Made by a program: the position numbers and the translations under genes | Source of the DNA: Centroscyllium fabricii | Lineage: Eukaryota | DNA: 64,000 bases | Assembly (NCBI GenBank): GCA_051313645.2 | Contig: JBNRSN020000005.1 | Coordinates: forward strand, 124,062,001 to 124,126,000 | Direction: 5' to 3' | The notes under the pieces: generated by a model | The model's input: only the letters and a program-made list of their open reading frames with translations | What the model was told of the DNA's origin: nothing | The model's database searches: none | In this document: positions 1 to 13,200 of the stretch, one piece after another | How positions within the stretch are numbered: position 1 is the stretch's first letter | How the letters are laid out: every line of letters starts with the position of its first letter

Positions 1-62
1 TGTTCTAATTTTCACCTCACGTCCGCCCAAAACCGCACCTGACGGGGACATGAAAATTCCCC
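1..62. mobile_element. Right end of a TIR (MITE-like) element truncated by the window edge
   Basis: Ends in GAAAATTCCCCC, resembling the GGSC/GGGG-N-RAWTT termini of the other MITEs in this window. Confidence 0.35.
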
Positions 63-589
63 CGCATACTTCTATAAGTGGTTGAAAGATGCTAAACTCT
101 TCACAGCTAGTTTCAGGTTCTCTCTTCTTTACCCCGCACACCCACCGAGGTTGCCTTCTCTGCCCCAGAACCGTGCTGAACCTAACAACTCAGCAAATGC
201 TCAGACCTCCAGTCAAGTTCACTCACTAATGGGCAGGCAAGCCAAGGTATCTGCCAAGGCTGGAATTCAAACTGCAGTCGTATGACTCAAGTCCAACTGC
301 TAGAGCGACCAGGCCCCGTCCCTCCCTGTAATTACCATGTTTATGAATAAACAAAAAAAGTGATTATGTCTACCAACTTGACAAATTTGTTACACCTGTA
401 ATATGTCCCACAGAAAGCAAGATTTGCAACCGCAGAAAGCACAAGAGAGCCATTTCCAATGAAAACTGTCCTCCCCCTCAATGCCAAGAGATAGATACCA
501 CATGACCACAAGGTCACTGATCATTGACAATCAGTTTTTAAAAAAAAGGAAAAATATCAGTGAACACAAGAAAAGACACACATCGGTGA

Positions 590-863
590 TACCTCTCCAG
601 CCCTACAACCCACCGAGATCTCTGCATTCCTCCAATTCTGGCCTCTTGCGCATTCCCGATTTTATTAGCTCCACCATCAGTGGCCGTGCCTTCTGCTGCC
701 TAGGACACATGCTCTGGAATTCCCTCCCTAAACCTCTCTTTCCTCCTTTAAGACGCTTCTTAAAACTTAACTCTTTGACCAAGTATCTGTCCTAATTTCT
801 CCTTATGTGGCTTGATGTCAAATTTTGTTTGATTACGCTCCTGTGAAACGCCTTGAGAAGTGT
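590..863 (+). mobile_element. L2-clade LINE 3' fragment
   Basis: Translates as LQPYNPPRSLHSSNSGLLRIP...GRAFCCLG.MLWNSLP (L2 ORF2 C-terminus) followed by 3'UTR; same family as the copies at 48.4 and 61.2 kb. Confidence 0.8.
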
Positions 864-1629
864 TAATGGCCCAGAAATTCAGGTTCAAGGCTTTCCGCGT
901 GTGCAAGCCTCCAACCTGCATTTACCTAGCACGCCGGCCGTTGAGCTGTGGGCCCACATGGATTTCCGATCCGGGGCCTGCTTCAACTGCCGGCGTGCTG
1001 TGCTTGCGTATCCCAGCGGCGCAGTTAGTGCGATGCGTCCTCTGGGATCACGTGGGCCATGGAGAGCCAATTGGAGCAGTGAATGCTCCATTCATCCGTT
1101 TGACAGGAAGAGCTGTCAAAACTATGAAAACTACAAGCCCCAAAACATCACTGAAACTTCAAATAATTTTTTAATTTTTTTTAAATCACATTTTTTTAAA
1201 TAACTATAAATGACATTAAATAACTATTTTAAACAATAATTTAAATTTTTGACAAAATTAATTATTTTTCCTAACGGGGCTAAAAATAAACTTACCTTTT
1301 TTTAAAGTATTTAAAAATAATAAACCTGTGGAAAAAAAGTTTCAATTTGAATTAATTCAGCACTTACCTTGTTAAAAGCAGGCCTTACACCTGCTTTTTT
1401 CGTTTCTAACTTTTTCTTACTTACCCGGACAGAAAATCCTGTAGAAAAAGTGCAAGTGCAATGCGCACGCGCTGCCGCTCCCGCACACACGCTTCACCGC
1501 GTAACCCCAAAGTTCAGGGAACGGAAGTGCCGGTTTCCCACGCATACAGGAAACCGGCACTTCAGATGGGCCTACGCGTGAGTACCCCGTGCGTACTCAC
1601 GCATTCAAAGCCGAATTTCTGGGCCATTA
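864..1629. mobile_element. Non-autonomous TIR DNA transposon (probable PIF/Harbinger-type MITE)
   Basis: Perfect 17-bp inverted ends TAATGGCCCAGAAATTC (864-880) and GAATTTCTGGGCCATTA (1613-1629); AT-rich core; no ORF. Confidence 0.7.
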
Positions 1630-1966
1630 TGAATGCCAGTTGTTGTTGTGGTTATCCCATTCACACTACACAATTGGCCAAATGCCAGCCTGATAGATCA
1701 GACCAGACTCCATGTTCACTGCCCAGGTGTGAACCTCTCCTCCCCTTCCAGGGTCCTAGCCTCAGGCGGTACAGATCAACGTAAACTATCTGCACCGAAG
1801 ATCACCATTTTGACTCTTCTTCCCACTGTTGCCCATCTTGCACTTTTCTTTCAACGCAATTAACATATTTTCAACCTCCCTCCCCCAATATAATTAATTA
1901 ACATCCTAAATAAAGCTTTCAGTTCAACACAGATGAAACAGAAATTTAATAAAACATGAACATATT

Positions 1967-2706
1967 GGGCCATAATTTACAGCCCGTACGAGGGGCGCAC
2001 GCGACCGTAGACCGCGTAAAGTTCCGGGTATAGGCATGCGAAACGTGCGCTAAAACCCGGAACTTGTGATGTCAAGAATCTTCCCAACAGATAATCCGCA
2101 TCCCCAGGAAAAGGGCATCTGCGAGCGGAAAATTGGGCTATTTGCCCAGCGAATGCCCATGAATTTCTTACGCCTGGGAAATGCAGGCATAAGGCCTGCT
2201 TTTACCAGTGTAAGGTTTTTAAAGGACAGAAAAGTAATTTTTTTCCAATAATTTATACATTTAAAAACTTGTGAAATAAGGTAAGTTTATTTTTAGCCCC
2301 TTTAAAATATGTAAATTTATTTTTCAAAAAATAAATTTTTTGTTTTAAATATTTAATTAAATGCCATTTTGGTTCATTTTAAGCATGTGATTTTTTTTTC
2401 ATTTGAAGTGTTTGTGAATTTTTGGGGGTATTCCCATTCACACTTATGGGCTTTCCGTACATACGGAATCCCGATAAGTATGAATGGGGATTCCCCTTCT
2501 TTCATTGGTTGGGCCGGCCCATGTGATCTCAGGGTGCTTGCGAACCGCGTGTGCCCCTGGGATACGTGGGCCTCTACGCAGGCCTACGCATCAGAGACCC
2601 AGGAACGCATGTGTCCGAACCTCCGGGACCATCAGGTAAGTTGGTAGATCTTTTGCTAGTTGGTGGCGTCCGCCCTCGGGAAGCCTCCGACCGCAAATTT
2701 AGGGCC
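1967..2706. mobile_element. Related MITE in the opposite orientation to 864-1629
   Basis: Termini GGGCCATAATTT and AAATTTAGGGCC; internal blocks GGTAAGTTTATTTTTAGCCCC and AAGGCCTGCTTTT are reverse complements of blocks in the 864-1629 element. Confidence 0.65.
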
Positions 2707-3774
2707 ATTAACATTATAAAGTTAACACGATAAATAAGAAATTAAAATGGCATATACTTTAATAAATCGCCTCTCCTTTCTTTTTTGCACTTTGGTACGG
2801 ATTTTCAAACCCCCACCAGCATACATTCTTCATGGACAGCCTCTTACAGCTTTGGTTACTTGTCCTTTGGCTGTTTTCCCACACTCTCTGATGTATGATT
2901 ACTTGACAAAAGAATGAAACAAAAACCTGAAACGCAATAAATTAATTACAGATTTCTGTCCATCCAGCAACTTAACCCAGGGGAGTGCAGCAGGGCTTCT
3001 GCTGGTTTAAATTTAAAAGAAAACCTAGTATTTCACTGAATAACCAGAAACAGAAAGAAAAACTACTGTACTTATTGGCTGCAACGTTAGCAAGTAGTTT
3101 CCTGTTGCTTTGAAAAATAAAATCTCCAGTTATCAAACTACACCAGGAAGGAGCCCAAAAATAAAAATCCAAAACTTTAATCCCCTTTAACTCAATACTT
3201 TAGGTTAAAAATTCTAAATAAATTGTACAAATAGCAAGTTTTACAATTAGGTAACAAATCTCGTTCTACTACTCTATCTTACTCTCCCTTAAAGGGATCA
3301 AGTTGTTCTGCTTATTTTGTTGCACCTTGAATAATTTTCCTCTTTGCATTTTTATACCACTTGAGCTTCCCCCTGCCACCGCGCAGAGGGCAACCGTCTC
3401 TGGAAATGTTCTGAGCACAAACCAATTTCCTCACTCATGGTCTTGTAGGAGTGCATTCTACAGACGTGCACACTCAGCCTTGCAAATACTAGAAGCGTAT
3501 TAAGTACCACAACTAATATCCTTACAATGAGGTTTGAAACTTACTACTAAACGGCTCCTATCTGTCCATCAGGACCTCTGTAATAGTGATTGACAGCAGC
3601 TGTAACACCAGACAGAAATACATTAAAACTTCAACTTACTGTAGGCTGACTAAATTAGTCCAGGTTGATTCTGAAACCGGAGAGATTTAAAGAAGCTCTG
3701 TCTTCATGAAGGCAAGCCATTTTATTTTTGTTTGTGGAGAAGAACTGTGTGACATCATCGCCACAATAATGAAA

Positions 3775-3875
3775 AAAAACTTACACTTATATAGCGCCTT
3801 TCACGACCCCAGGACGGCCCAAAAGTGCTTTACAGCCAAAAAAATACTTTTCAAGTGTAGTCACTGTTGTAATGT
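3775..3875 (-). mobile_element. 3' tail of a Deu-domain tRNA SINE
   Basis: Reverse complement of the SINE tail at about 56130-56230 (ACAGTGACTACACTT...GTCGTGAAAGGCGCTATATAA). Confidence 0.7.
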
Positions 3876-3914
3876 CATGCACAAATGACATACTGGAACA
3901 AGTTGTGACAGGGT

Positions 3915-5152
3915 TGCGACGGTTTACTGCTACCTGCCTCATCCGGGAACCGCCCCTAAATAAGTTGACTTCCTATTTCACCGTGCTGCTCTAAACAGTC
4001 ATTGATCCAATGGTCAGAAGTGGTTCTATATTGAACTAGGCTATATATCCCTTCTATAAGGACAGGGTTCTTTCAGTAAGTCACTGATTTGCTATCCGAC
4101 TAGGGTCTGTAGGTTTAACCGTAAGAAGAACCTGCCACGGTCCTGAATCGAGATAAGTGCTTAGTGCCGAATGCGGTCTATTTTGCTAACTTAAAAGTAT
4201 ACGAGTCAAGACTGGTTTTTGGATAAAAAAATGGTTCAAGGGATCTTGAATTATTTATTTTCTTTTAACATTTGCATCTTAGTCATATACATTTAGATTG
4301 TTACAGGGTTATACCTTATTACAGAAAATAATGTAATAATTATTATAAGTATAACAGTTTCCAATAAGTAGTACAGCAAAACAAACATAAAAGTTTTCAC
4401 CTCACCAATCTCAGATGATTTTCAGAAGCTTAACCATCGATCAAAGTACAAGCCTGTATTTGAGAGGTAGCCTCTTTATTCTTTTATTCACTCGAACTCT
4501 TTTAAGTGAAAGCAAAAAGCTTTATCACCGTAGTAGAACAGCTAGAAGCTGGAGTCAGCCCGATTGACTGACTAGCCACTAGCTGGAGTCAGTCCGACAT
4601 CTTGGTGACTGACTGATTTCTGTCGGATTCCACAGAATATTTATACCTATTTTTTGCTGAGTTGCAATACCTCGTGCCACCATCTGTGTGTCAGTTGGGG
4701 ACGTGGTCAAATCTTACTTCTTTATAATATATATATTTTTACCTTTTAAAACCTAAATCATCATTTGGGTCTTCGGACTAGTTGGCCATTTTCTAAAAAG
4801 GTGTTTCCTGTTTTTGTACAAAGCTATCTAAAATTTCTTAGGTCAGATCAGCATTTACTGGAAACTGGACTTTGTGGTCAGTTTTTTTCAACACTCGTTG
4901 TTAGGAGGTACAGGCCAGAAACTCGTGATCGAAGTTTCAACATCCTGCTTGTCCATCTCTCAAATTAGTTCCAAGCTTGTGGTCAACTTTTCAAAACTCA
5001 GAGATCCCAACATCTGCTCGGCCAGGAAACCAGGCTTCCATTTTCATTTTCTACATACTAAAGCAGTTTTTTTTTTTTTTTTTTACAGAGCTTTTGGAAA
5101 GTACATTTTTTAATCATCTTATATCGGCGAGAATTAATCAATTACCGTCACA
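3915..5152 (-). mobile_element. Solo LTR (about 1.24 kb)
   Basis: Termini TGCGACGGT...ACCGTCACA (imperfect inverted, TG..CA); 4-bp TSD GGGT (3911-3914, 5153-5156); minus-strand TATAAA at 4640-4645 and AATAAA at 4475-4480 and about 4254; no ORF. Confidence 0.6.
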
Positions 5153-5975
5153 GGGTGTTCATCAACAAAGCCAGAAATTGTTTGCTAAGCACTTTTTTCT
5201 ATATAAAGTAGTCGGCCTTTAAATAGTTTAAAGGGGAAAATGTAGTTAAAGAGACTACAGAGAAGAGAATGAGAATGTGGTATGCAAGACCTCTGAACAA
5301 AGAGGCAGGGGCCACTGGTGACAGAAGGATAGAATAGTGAGTGTACAAGTGAATGCGTGATAGATGTGAGGGGGAGGAGATAACACAACGTGAACAGCAG
5401 AGAAGTATAAAGGGCGTGTCTAGCAATGAGACGGAGGGAGACACACGTACAGAGACATGCAAACAGACAGAGACTCAGATCAACCAAGTTCATATACAAA
5501 TACCTGTACTTTGTGTGCTCATACTGCTTTTCCATTTGCACTGTTTTTATGCAGGCATTAATCAATTTAACTAAACAGGTTAACATCTATGCAAAAATAG
5601 CACGTGCAGGAATATGGTGTTTGTATGTAAACTTCATTAATTGGAATTTCTGCTCCAGAGAGAAACAGACAGACAATCGAAGATCAAGGCTCCTTCAGGC
5701 CTCCCATCTATGCTGAAGGATTTTAATATAGACAAAGGTTGCGTGCTTTTCTTCAAAAAACTACTTTTTTTGTTGTCCCTAAATTTCTTCAAATTACAGG
5801 TAATTAGTTTTTTTTGCTATTGCTTCAATGAACATAATCTAAACTGTCATGTACTGAATATAGCAGTCCTGTGCTATGACGTCCATTAAAGAACGTTTTT
5901 CTTTCCGATTACTTGCTTGTAATTTCCTTGCTCTGATTTTAGGTTATTTGCCAGGGAGAAGTGAGAGAATCTTCA

Positions 5976-6309
5976 GCACGGCACGGTGGCATAGTGGTTA
6001 GCACTGTTGTCTCACAGCGCTGGGGGCCCGGGTTCAAATCCAGCCTTGGGTACTATCTGTGTGGAGTTTGCACATTCTCCCCGTGTCTGCGTGGGTTTCC
6101 TCCGGGTGCTCCGGTTTCCTCCCATAATCCAAAGATGTGCGGGTTAGGTTGATTGGCCAGGATAAATTGACCCTTAGTTTTAGGGGGATTAAATATGTGG
6201 GGTTATGGGGATAGGGTGGGATATGTGTCGGTGCAGGCTCGATGGGCTGAAATGGCCTCTATCTGCACTGTAGGGATTCTATGATTCTTCTATGATTCTA
6301 TGATTCTAA
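5976..6309 (+). mobile_element. tRNA-derived V-SINE, HE1-like
   Basis: A box TGGCATAGTGG, B box GGTTCAAATCC, V-domain GTGGAGTTTGCACATTCTCCCCGTGTCTGCGTGGGTTTCCTCCGGGTGCTCCGGTTTCCTCCC, CR1-type tail ending in GATTCTAT repeats. Confidence 0.9.
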
Positions 6310-6929
6310 TGAATAAAGATTGAAATAAATGAACTGGGAATGGTTGGTCGGAAATCCTACCCAAGTTTTAGTCTTCACTTACTTCCATAAATGTGTTTAT
6401 AATCTATAAACTGGAACAGGTGTGGGAAGAAGCCCAAGTATCATTGGCAACCCTTCTGCAGACAGCAAGGTTTACATTCAGAATTCTCAACAGGATATAT
6501 TTACTGTCAATTGCAAAGACTGGACAGAGCTTGGAGAAGCAGATAAGGGTTTTTTGGAACAGAAGGTACGGCCAGGAGGAAGTCCATAATCGGCTGTCCA
6601 GCCTTTCCGTGCAACAATGGATGCTGCCAGTCCACAGATGTGCACTTGACACACACCCTGCACTCAGCACCTCTCAGCAATCCAATTGTTTCCTTTGCTT
6701 AGTCACAGTGTGCTGACTGAATCTGCAGTCCCATCATTATGATCTGTTGTTCGGCCAACCATCCCATCCGCAGTCCCGTACAATAAATTTACACCCACTG
6801 GCCAACCCAAATTACAGATCTCTACTGCCCATTTGGCCAGAAAATGCATCTAAAAGAACAAATCAGCTCAACAGAAATCGCACCCTGAAAGAGTTCAGTA
6901 ATAATGTCACCTGCATGAACGAGAACATT

Positions 6930-7920
6930 TACAAGTCCTAATTGGACAGAGGGCCATATTCATCAGGGGCCAGTCCATTCGATACATTTCTATTTCATTC
7001 TCATCTCAGTCAGCCCAGCTAATTCATCCTTCCACATAAATCAATGATCTACCTCATCCCAGCATCCAAGTAACTCTTCATTGATTCCAGAGTTTTTACA
7101 TCCACTCTCCCCTTCAGAAGATCATTCCAAGTATTATTCACCTTTGTCTGAAGAACTGCTTCCTGACATCAGTCCTGAACTTACCTTTACCAGTTCGTAC
7201 CCATGTCTCCTTGTCCCCCAGTTGTGGTTTAACTTGAAATATTTATCAGGATTAACTTTTACCATTCCACTGAGTCCCCCATCATTCATCTTCCCACCAC
7301 CCCCTCCCCACCCAAGGCTGAAAAGTCCCACATTTTTCTAATCTTTCATCATAACTCAGTCCTTTGACACAAAAGGTCAGTCTCATGGCCCTTCTCTGCA
7401 CCACTTGAAGCGCATGGATGTTTTGCTTGTACCTCAGTGACCAGAACAGAACATAGTATTATCAAGGTGCAGCCTGACCAGACCACCAAAAAGCTTCATT
7501 CAGACTTTTACCCTACTGATTTGGCAGCAATTGAAGCATTCTGCTTGCTTTATTAATTTCTGCTCCGTGGCAACTGTACACAGTCAATGATCAACTATCA
7601 CTCTCAGATCTCTTTCAGCCTCTCCCCAACTAGTTCAACACCATTAAGCATGTCCCAATGCTTTATTCCAATGTGTAAGATCTTGCATTGATCTGTATTG
7701 AATTGTATCTGCCATTTGGTTCTGCTCACTTACAAATATTGTCTAGGTCCTTCTGTAACTTCTTGGTTGTTTATCAGACCTTACTAACCCCCTTCCCCCA
7801 CCCCATCATCTGCAAATCTGACCACGTTATAATGCATTTCTGAATCTAAACAGGTAATTTGCGTAGACCAGAAACAAGAGGAACCCAACTCACACCCCTG
7901 GGGCACCCCATTCAATAGAT
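6930..7920 (-). mobile_element. Old, degraded CR1-like LINE RT/3' fragment
   Basis: Minus-strand remnants of GVPQG (about 7893-7910) and FADD (about 7803-7816), followed by CR1-like C-terminal sequence. Confidence 0.65.
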
Positions 7921-8072
7921 CTCCCCAACCTTGTTGCACCTAGTTCTTAATCCGTCTTCTAGGATACCCAGAGCCTTAAGCTCTGCCTAGCGCTGGACTG
8001 CAGCTTGTTACAAATTCTGGGGCTATATAAGGGTTAGAACCTCCGCTTGACCACTGTCTGCACAGAGTCATT

Positions 8073-8251
8073 GGGGTGATTTTATGAGTCCGCACTGCCA
8101 ATGGGGCAATTCAAAAATTATGGGGGGGGCAACACTACCCATGATTTTCTCACTATTAAACTGAATGGTTGGTAAATCGTGGGCTGTGCAGGCCCAGATT
8201 TTCAATTTGTTGTGCATCTGCGGACAACGTAAACTTTTAAAATTTACCCCC
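8073..8251. mobile_element. Short MITE (about 180 bp)
   Basis: Ends GGGGTGATTTT and AAATTTACCCCC, flanked on both sides by ATT (3-bp TSD-like). Confidence 0.55.
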
Positions 8252-8434
8252 ATTGGGTTTTAGTGGAATCAAAAAAAGTCAAAAAGCAACATTTTCACGG
8301 GATAAATTATCAAAATTGTAGTTTACAGGCCCCCAGATTTAGGTGCAGAAGCCTCCTTTCCAAATCTAAAAAAGGGGGCATTTCATGAACTTCAGTTCTT
8401 TTGTATAGACACAGATCAGCATTGATCTAATTGA

Positions 8435-8487
8435 AGAGCAGAACAGGCTCGAGGGTCTGAATGGCCTACTCCTGTTCCTATGTCCCT
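8435..8487 (+). mobile_element. CR1-type LINE/SINE 3' tail remnant
   Basis: AGGCTCGAGGGTCTGAATGGCCTACTCCTGTTCCTATG, matching the tails at 55.36 kb and 63.46 kb. Confidence 0.6.
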
Positions 8488-10229
8488 TGTACAATGAAAA
8501 ACAGCAATTTAAAGCTGTCTGATAGCCCTGTTTCAAAAAAGGAAAAAATGTCATTGGAAAGTACACCAACTAAATGAATTCTATATTAGGGATAACGCTG
8601 TACAAAAGAGTTGAACTTCATGAATTTAAAAAAAATTGGCAAAGAGGCCACGAAAGTATAATGTTATCACTTATTTCAAACAAGAAGCTGAAAGGTGTGC
8701 ATCCCAGAGGGCCCCAGCTGGCTGCGATTCAACGTCCCGCCCACATTTCTATGTTTAAAATAAGTCCCGTGGTGCAGCCCTGCGGCCCTGCAGCATGCAA
8801 CGGTTGTATCTGCACAGGCCCACTGTGCCAGCAACTATTACTACTGACTGTCCCTTTCATTAAGTTTCCAAAAAAAAAATCTTTTAGCATTTTCTTTTTA
8901 AAAAGTGATTTGCCAGCCAACTCCTGGAGCAGAATTGCAGCAATGCTGAGGAATCCGGCAGCCTGGACACAAATTCTCTCTCGGAACTGGGGTCAGAGTT
9001 GGACAATTGCAAAAATTCAAATTCCTCGTTCTTTCCCCAACAAGAAAAAGATTTTCAATTAACAAATTTCTAAAAGAGTCACCCACACATTAAAAGTTTT
9101 AATTTTTTTTACATTTTTTATTTTTATTAAAGTAACGCATCAGTCATAGCGCCTTATACTTGTCGGGGCTAGATTACATTTCCACGGCAGCTGTTCCTTT
9201 TGTCTACCTTCAGTGAAGCCAAACCAGCCTAAAATTTCATTTAATCTGCTGTAAACCAAGTGTCAGGCACTTAAATGGCAGCTAAAAGCACCACTCTCAG
9301 ATAGCTGACTGACACTTGCTAATAATAGTGATACAGGTCGAGAGCAGGAGCAGACATTTTGTGAAACCAAAGAGGAACCTGTATATGGGAACGGCTCAGA
9401 CCGGCCAGTCTCAACTCCTTAACCAGCAGCAACAAAAAATAAATCCCCAAATCACCCCTCAGCACTGCTAAAGCCAGCAGTGACCTTCCCAGCTCTTTAT
9501 ATTAGTGCTGATGGTGTGGGGGGGGGGGGGGGGGGGGGGGGGGGAAATAGAGCCACAATCTACAATTCGGCAATGTAAACTTTTCTTTCTATTGTTACAA
9601 TAGAAAAGCAAATTAAAATGGGATGGGAGGGTCAAAATGTTCCCTCAAAGTAAAATTTTTATTAATGGAATCTGCATAAATTACAGAAATCATTTACTTT
9701 ACAGCAATGTGCCAATCTGAATCAACATTTTACAACATACAAATGAAAAATCATTTAATAGTGCAATATACGCACTTTAATAAATCCCCTATGAATCTCA
9801 TCCACATCCTTTAACAGACATCGACAAGGATAAAGTGGCAAACAATGCTGTGTGGAGATATTCAGAGAGACTGGCTCTGCAGGAGAGGGCAGCTGAAAGT
9901 GAAGCTGCGGCCCTCATCAACAGTGACTGAACACCCTGAAAGTTGCGAATACTGCTTTATTTGCCAAACGTTGAATTTTTCATTTCATTAGCACCTTTCC
10001 TTACACACGGATATTCCGTACTGCCCATAATGAGGTGGTCAATCTAATGCTGCTCACTCGTGGCTCCATGACTCAGGCATCAAAAAAATTAGGAGTGACG
10101 TCACTTTGACTGGCAGAGCTGGCTGTGTCACCAATCTTCCACTCAGAAATTAAAGCTGCAAAAATTTGCTTCTGACTCTACCAAATACGTGGCAAGAGAT
10201 GTCTTGGGTTTTTTGGGAAGCGGGAAGAG

Positions 10230-13200
10230 AAAGCTCAGAATGTAAAGTGGCACAAGAGGCAGCTGCTTTGGGGGCAGCAGATATCAGGAAAAAAGGGGAT
10301 ATGCTGCGACACCCATGAAGTTACAACCCACACTAATAGGTGCTACCGTTGTGGCAAGACCACACATGACCAGACCAAGTGCCGGGTCAAAAACAAAAAT
10401 TGTCGGCAGTGCGGACTCATAGGACATATAGCAGCAGTATGCAAATCTGGAAAGCGAACTAAAATAGTACAGAAGCAGACCAGGTCTAGAAAGGACAGGA
10501 AAGTACACAAACTATTCGAAGATAGTTCGGGTGACGAGCCAGAAAATTCAAATAGGGAAGAATGGGGTCTCGGAACCCTCAAAGTCCACAATATAGCCAA
10601 CTCGACTTACCGCAGTGTTATGTGGTCTCCCCTCAAGGTAGCAGGGGTTGAAATGACAATGGAACTAGATACGGGGTCAGCACTATCTGTTATCAATGAA
10701 AAATATTACAGAAAGGCATTCAGAGGTGTGCCTTTAGAAGAATCCCTGGTTATTTTGAAAACATATACGGGACAGAGGTTCCGGACAATGGGGAGACTGC
10801 CCATAACAGTCCAATATATGGACAAGAAAGTAAAGGGACTATATCTGTATGTCCTGAGGAATGGTGGATCGCCACTTCTGGGGCGGGAATGGATCAGGAG
10901 GATCCACCTCGACTGGAGTGCAGTAAACAAGCTCCAGATCTCGAGTAAAACCGACGATAAACCATCGGTTGCTGGGAGATTAACCGCAAAGCTGGGCTGG
11001 GGAAACTAAAGAACATATGTGCAAAAATAACGATTGCACAAGGCGCCACGCCACAGTTTGCGAAAGCACGGTCGGTACCATATGCAATAAGGCCGGCTGT
11101 GGAGGCAGACGTAAAGGCCTTAGAAAAAGGGGTCTTGTCGAAAGTAGAATGGAGCGAGTGGGCAATGCCCATAGTACCGGTAATAAAAAGGGCACAGAAT
11201 AAAGAGGGAGAGCAGAAAAAAGTCCGCATTTGCGGGGACTTCAAAATGACAATTAATCCTGTTCTAAAGGTTGTACAGTACGCACTACCGAGGATTGAAG
11301 ACATATTTGTTTCCTTAGCAGGTGGGAAACGTTTTAGCAAGATTGACCTTGCGCAAGCTTACTTGCAGATGAAGGTGGAACGGGATTCCAGGAATCTGCT
11401 GACCATTAATACACACAAAGGGCTATACCAATACAACCAAATGGTATTCGGGATTGCGTCAGCTCCAGCCATATGGCAGAGGACCATGGACCAGGTAACC
11501 AGGTAATGCAAGACATCCCAGGGACACAATGCTACCTGGATGACATTCTAGTTACAGGAAAAACTGATGGGGAACATTTGGCCAATCTAGAGAAGGTGTG
11601 AGAGAGACTACAGGAGTATGGTCTGTGGGCCAACAGACAAAAGTGCAAATTCTTCAAGGACATCTCATATTGCGGACACGAGATAAATAGCGAGGGTCTC
11701 CATAAATCGCCGGACAAGATTGCGGCCGTAGTAAATGCCCCACCCCCTGAAAACGTATCACAGTTACGGTCATTCCTCAGCCTCATAAATTACCACAAGT
11801 TCCTACCCAACTGGTCAGCAGTGCTACACCCACTGAATGCACTACTCCAAGCGGGAACACCCTGGAAGTGGGAGGAAACCTGTGAGGCAGCTTTCCAGAA
11901 AAGCAAAAAGATGATCACCTCCAGAGAGTTGCTGGTACATTTTGATCCCAGTCTGCCCATAAGATTGGCATGTGCTGCATCCCCGTATGGCATTGGCGCG
12001 GTGCTATCACATAAATGGTCGAGATGGTACAGAAAGACCAATCGCATTTGCGTCTAAATCACTCACTGCAGCAGAGAAAAATTACGCCCAGATAGACCTG
12101 GAAGCACTCAGCCTCGTGTGGGGAGTGAAAAAGTTCCATCACTACTTACACGGACAGAAATTCGCCTTATTGACTGATCACCAACCCTTAGTCTCGATTT
12201 TTAACCCGGCCAAAGGGGTACCCCAGATGACGGCTCAGAGGCTACAGAGATGGGCATTGTTCTTGGGTGCACACCAGTACACAATCGAACATAAGGGAAC
12301 CAAATGGCATGGCAATGCGGATGGCCTGTCTCGGCTACCCTTGCCAGAAACAGGAGAGGGGGGACAACAAGATCCCTTAGATATGTATCATGCGGCAGTG
12401 GTGGAACACTTGCCCATTACCAGCCAGCAAGTAGAACGGGAAACTAGGAATGACGCTACCCTGTCGAAAATTTACAGCGTCACGGTGAACGGGTGGTTCA
12501 GGGAGGACCAAACCCTATGGCCAGCTTACGCGGCAAGAAAAGACCAGTTGTCGGTCCGCCGGGGTACGTTAATGTGTGGGGCCAGAGTGGTGATTCCACT
12601 CAAATTACAAAAGAAAGTCTTAATTGACTTGCACGAAGGACACTTGGGGGGAGTCAAGATGAAGTCCCTAGCCAGGGCATATGTGTGGTGGCCAGGGATC
12701 GACAATGACATCGAACAACTGGCAAAAGAATGTTCCGGTTGTCAGATGGTGCAGAATGTACCGCACCAAGCACCCCTACACCCTTGGGAGTGGCCATCAT
12801 CCCCATGGCAAAGGATCCACATTGATTTTGCTGGGCCATTTATGGACGCCATGTTCCTAGTGGTGGTGGATGCCTATTCTAAATGGCCGGAGGTGATAAA
12901 AATGTCCTCCACCACAGCGGAAAAGACAGTAACGGTTCTCCGGACCATATTTGCCAGGAATGGCATCTCTGAACAAATCTGCTCAGATAACGGACCGCAA
13001 TTCGTTTCTGAAGAGTTTCAGTCGTTCCTACAAAGGAACGGAATACGGCATTATAGATCAGCGCCGTATCATCCGGCCACTAATGGATTGGCCGAAAGGT
13101 TCGTCCAGGCATTCAAAAAGGCCATCAAGGCCATGGGGGAGGAAAGTTGGCTTTGCAACATAAAGTCGACAATTTCCTATTTGCGTACCGCAACGCTGCC

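Noticed and set aside
5986-6050. tRNA gene
   Set aside because: The A/B boxes belong to a SINE head; there is no full cloverleaf, and a V-domain and LINE tail follow
9518-9544. Long G/C homopolymers (also at about 14515, 35840, 37890, 39292, 41855)
   Set aside because: Simple repeats of unreliable length; G-quadruplex function cannot be inferred
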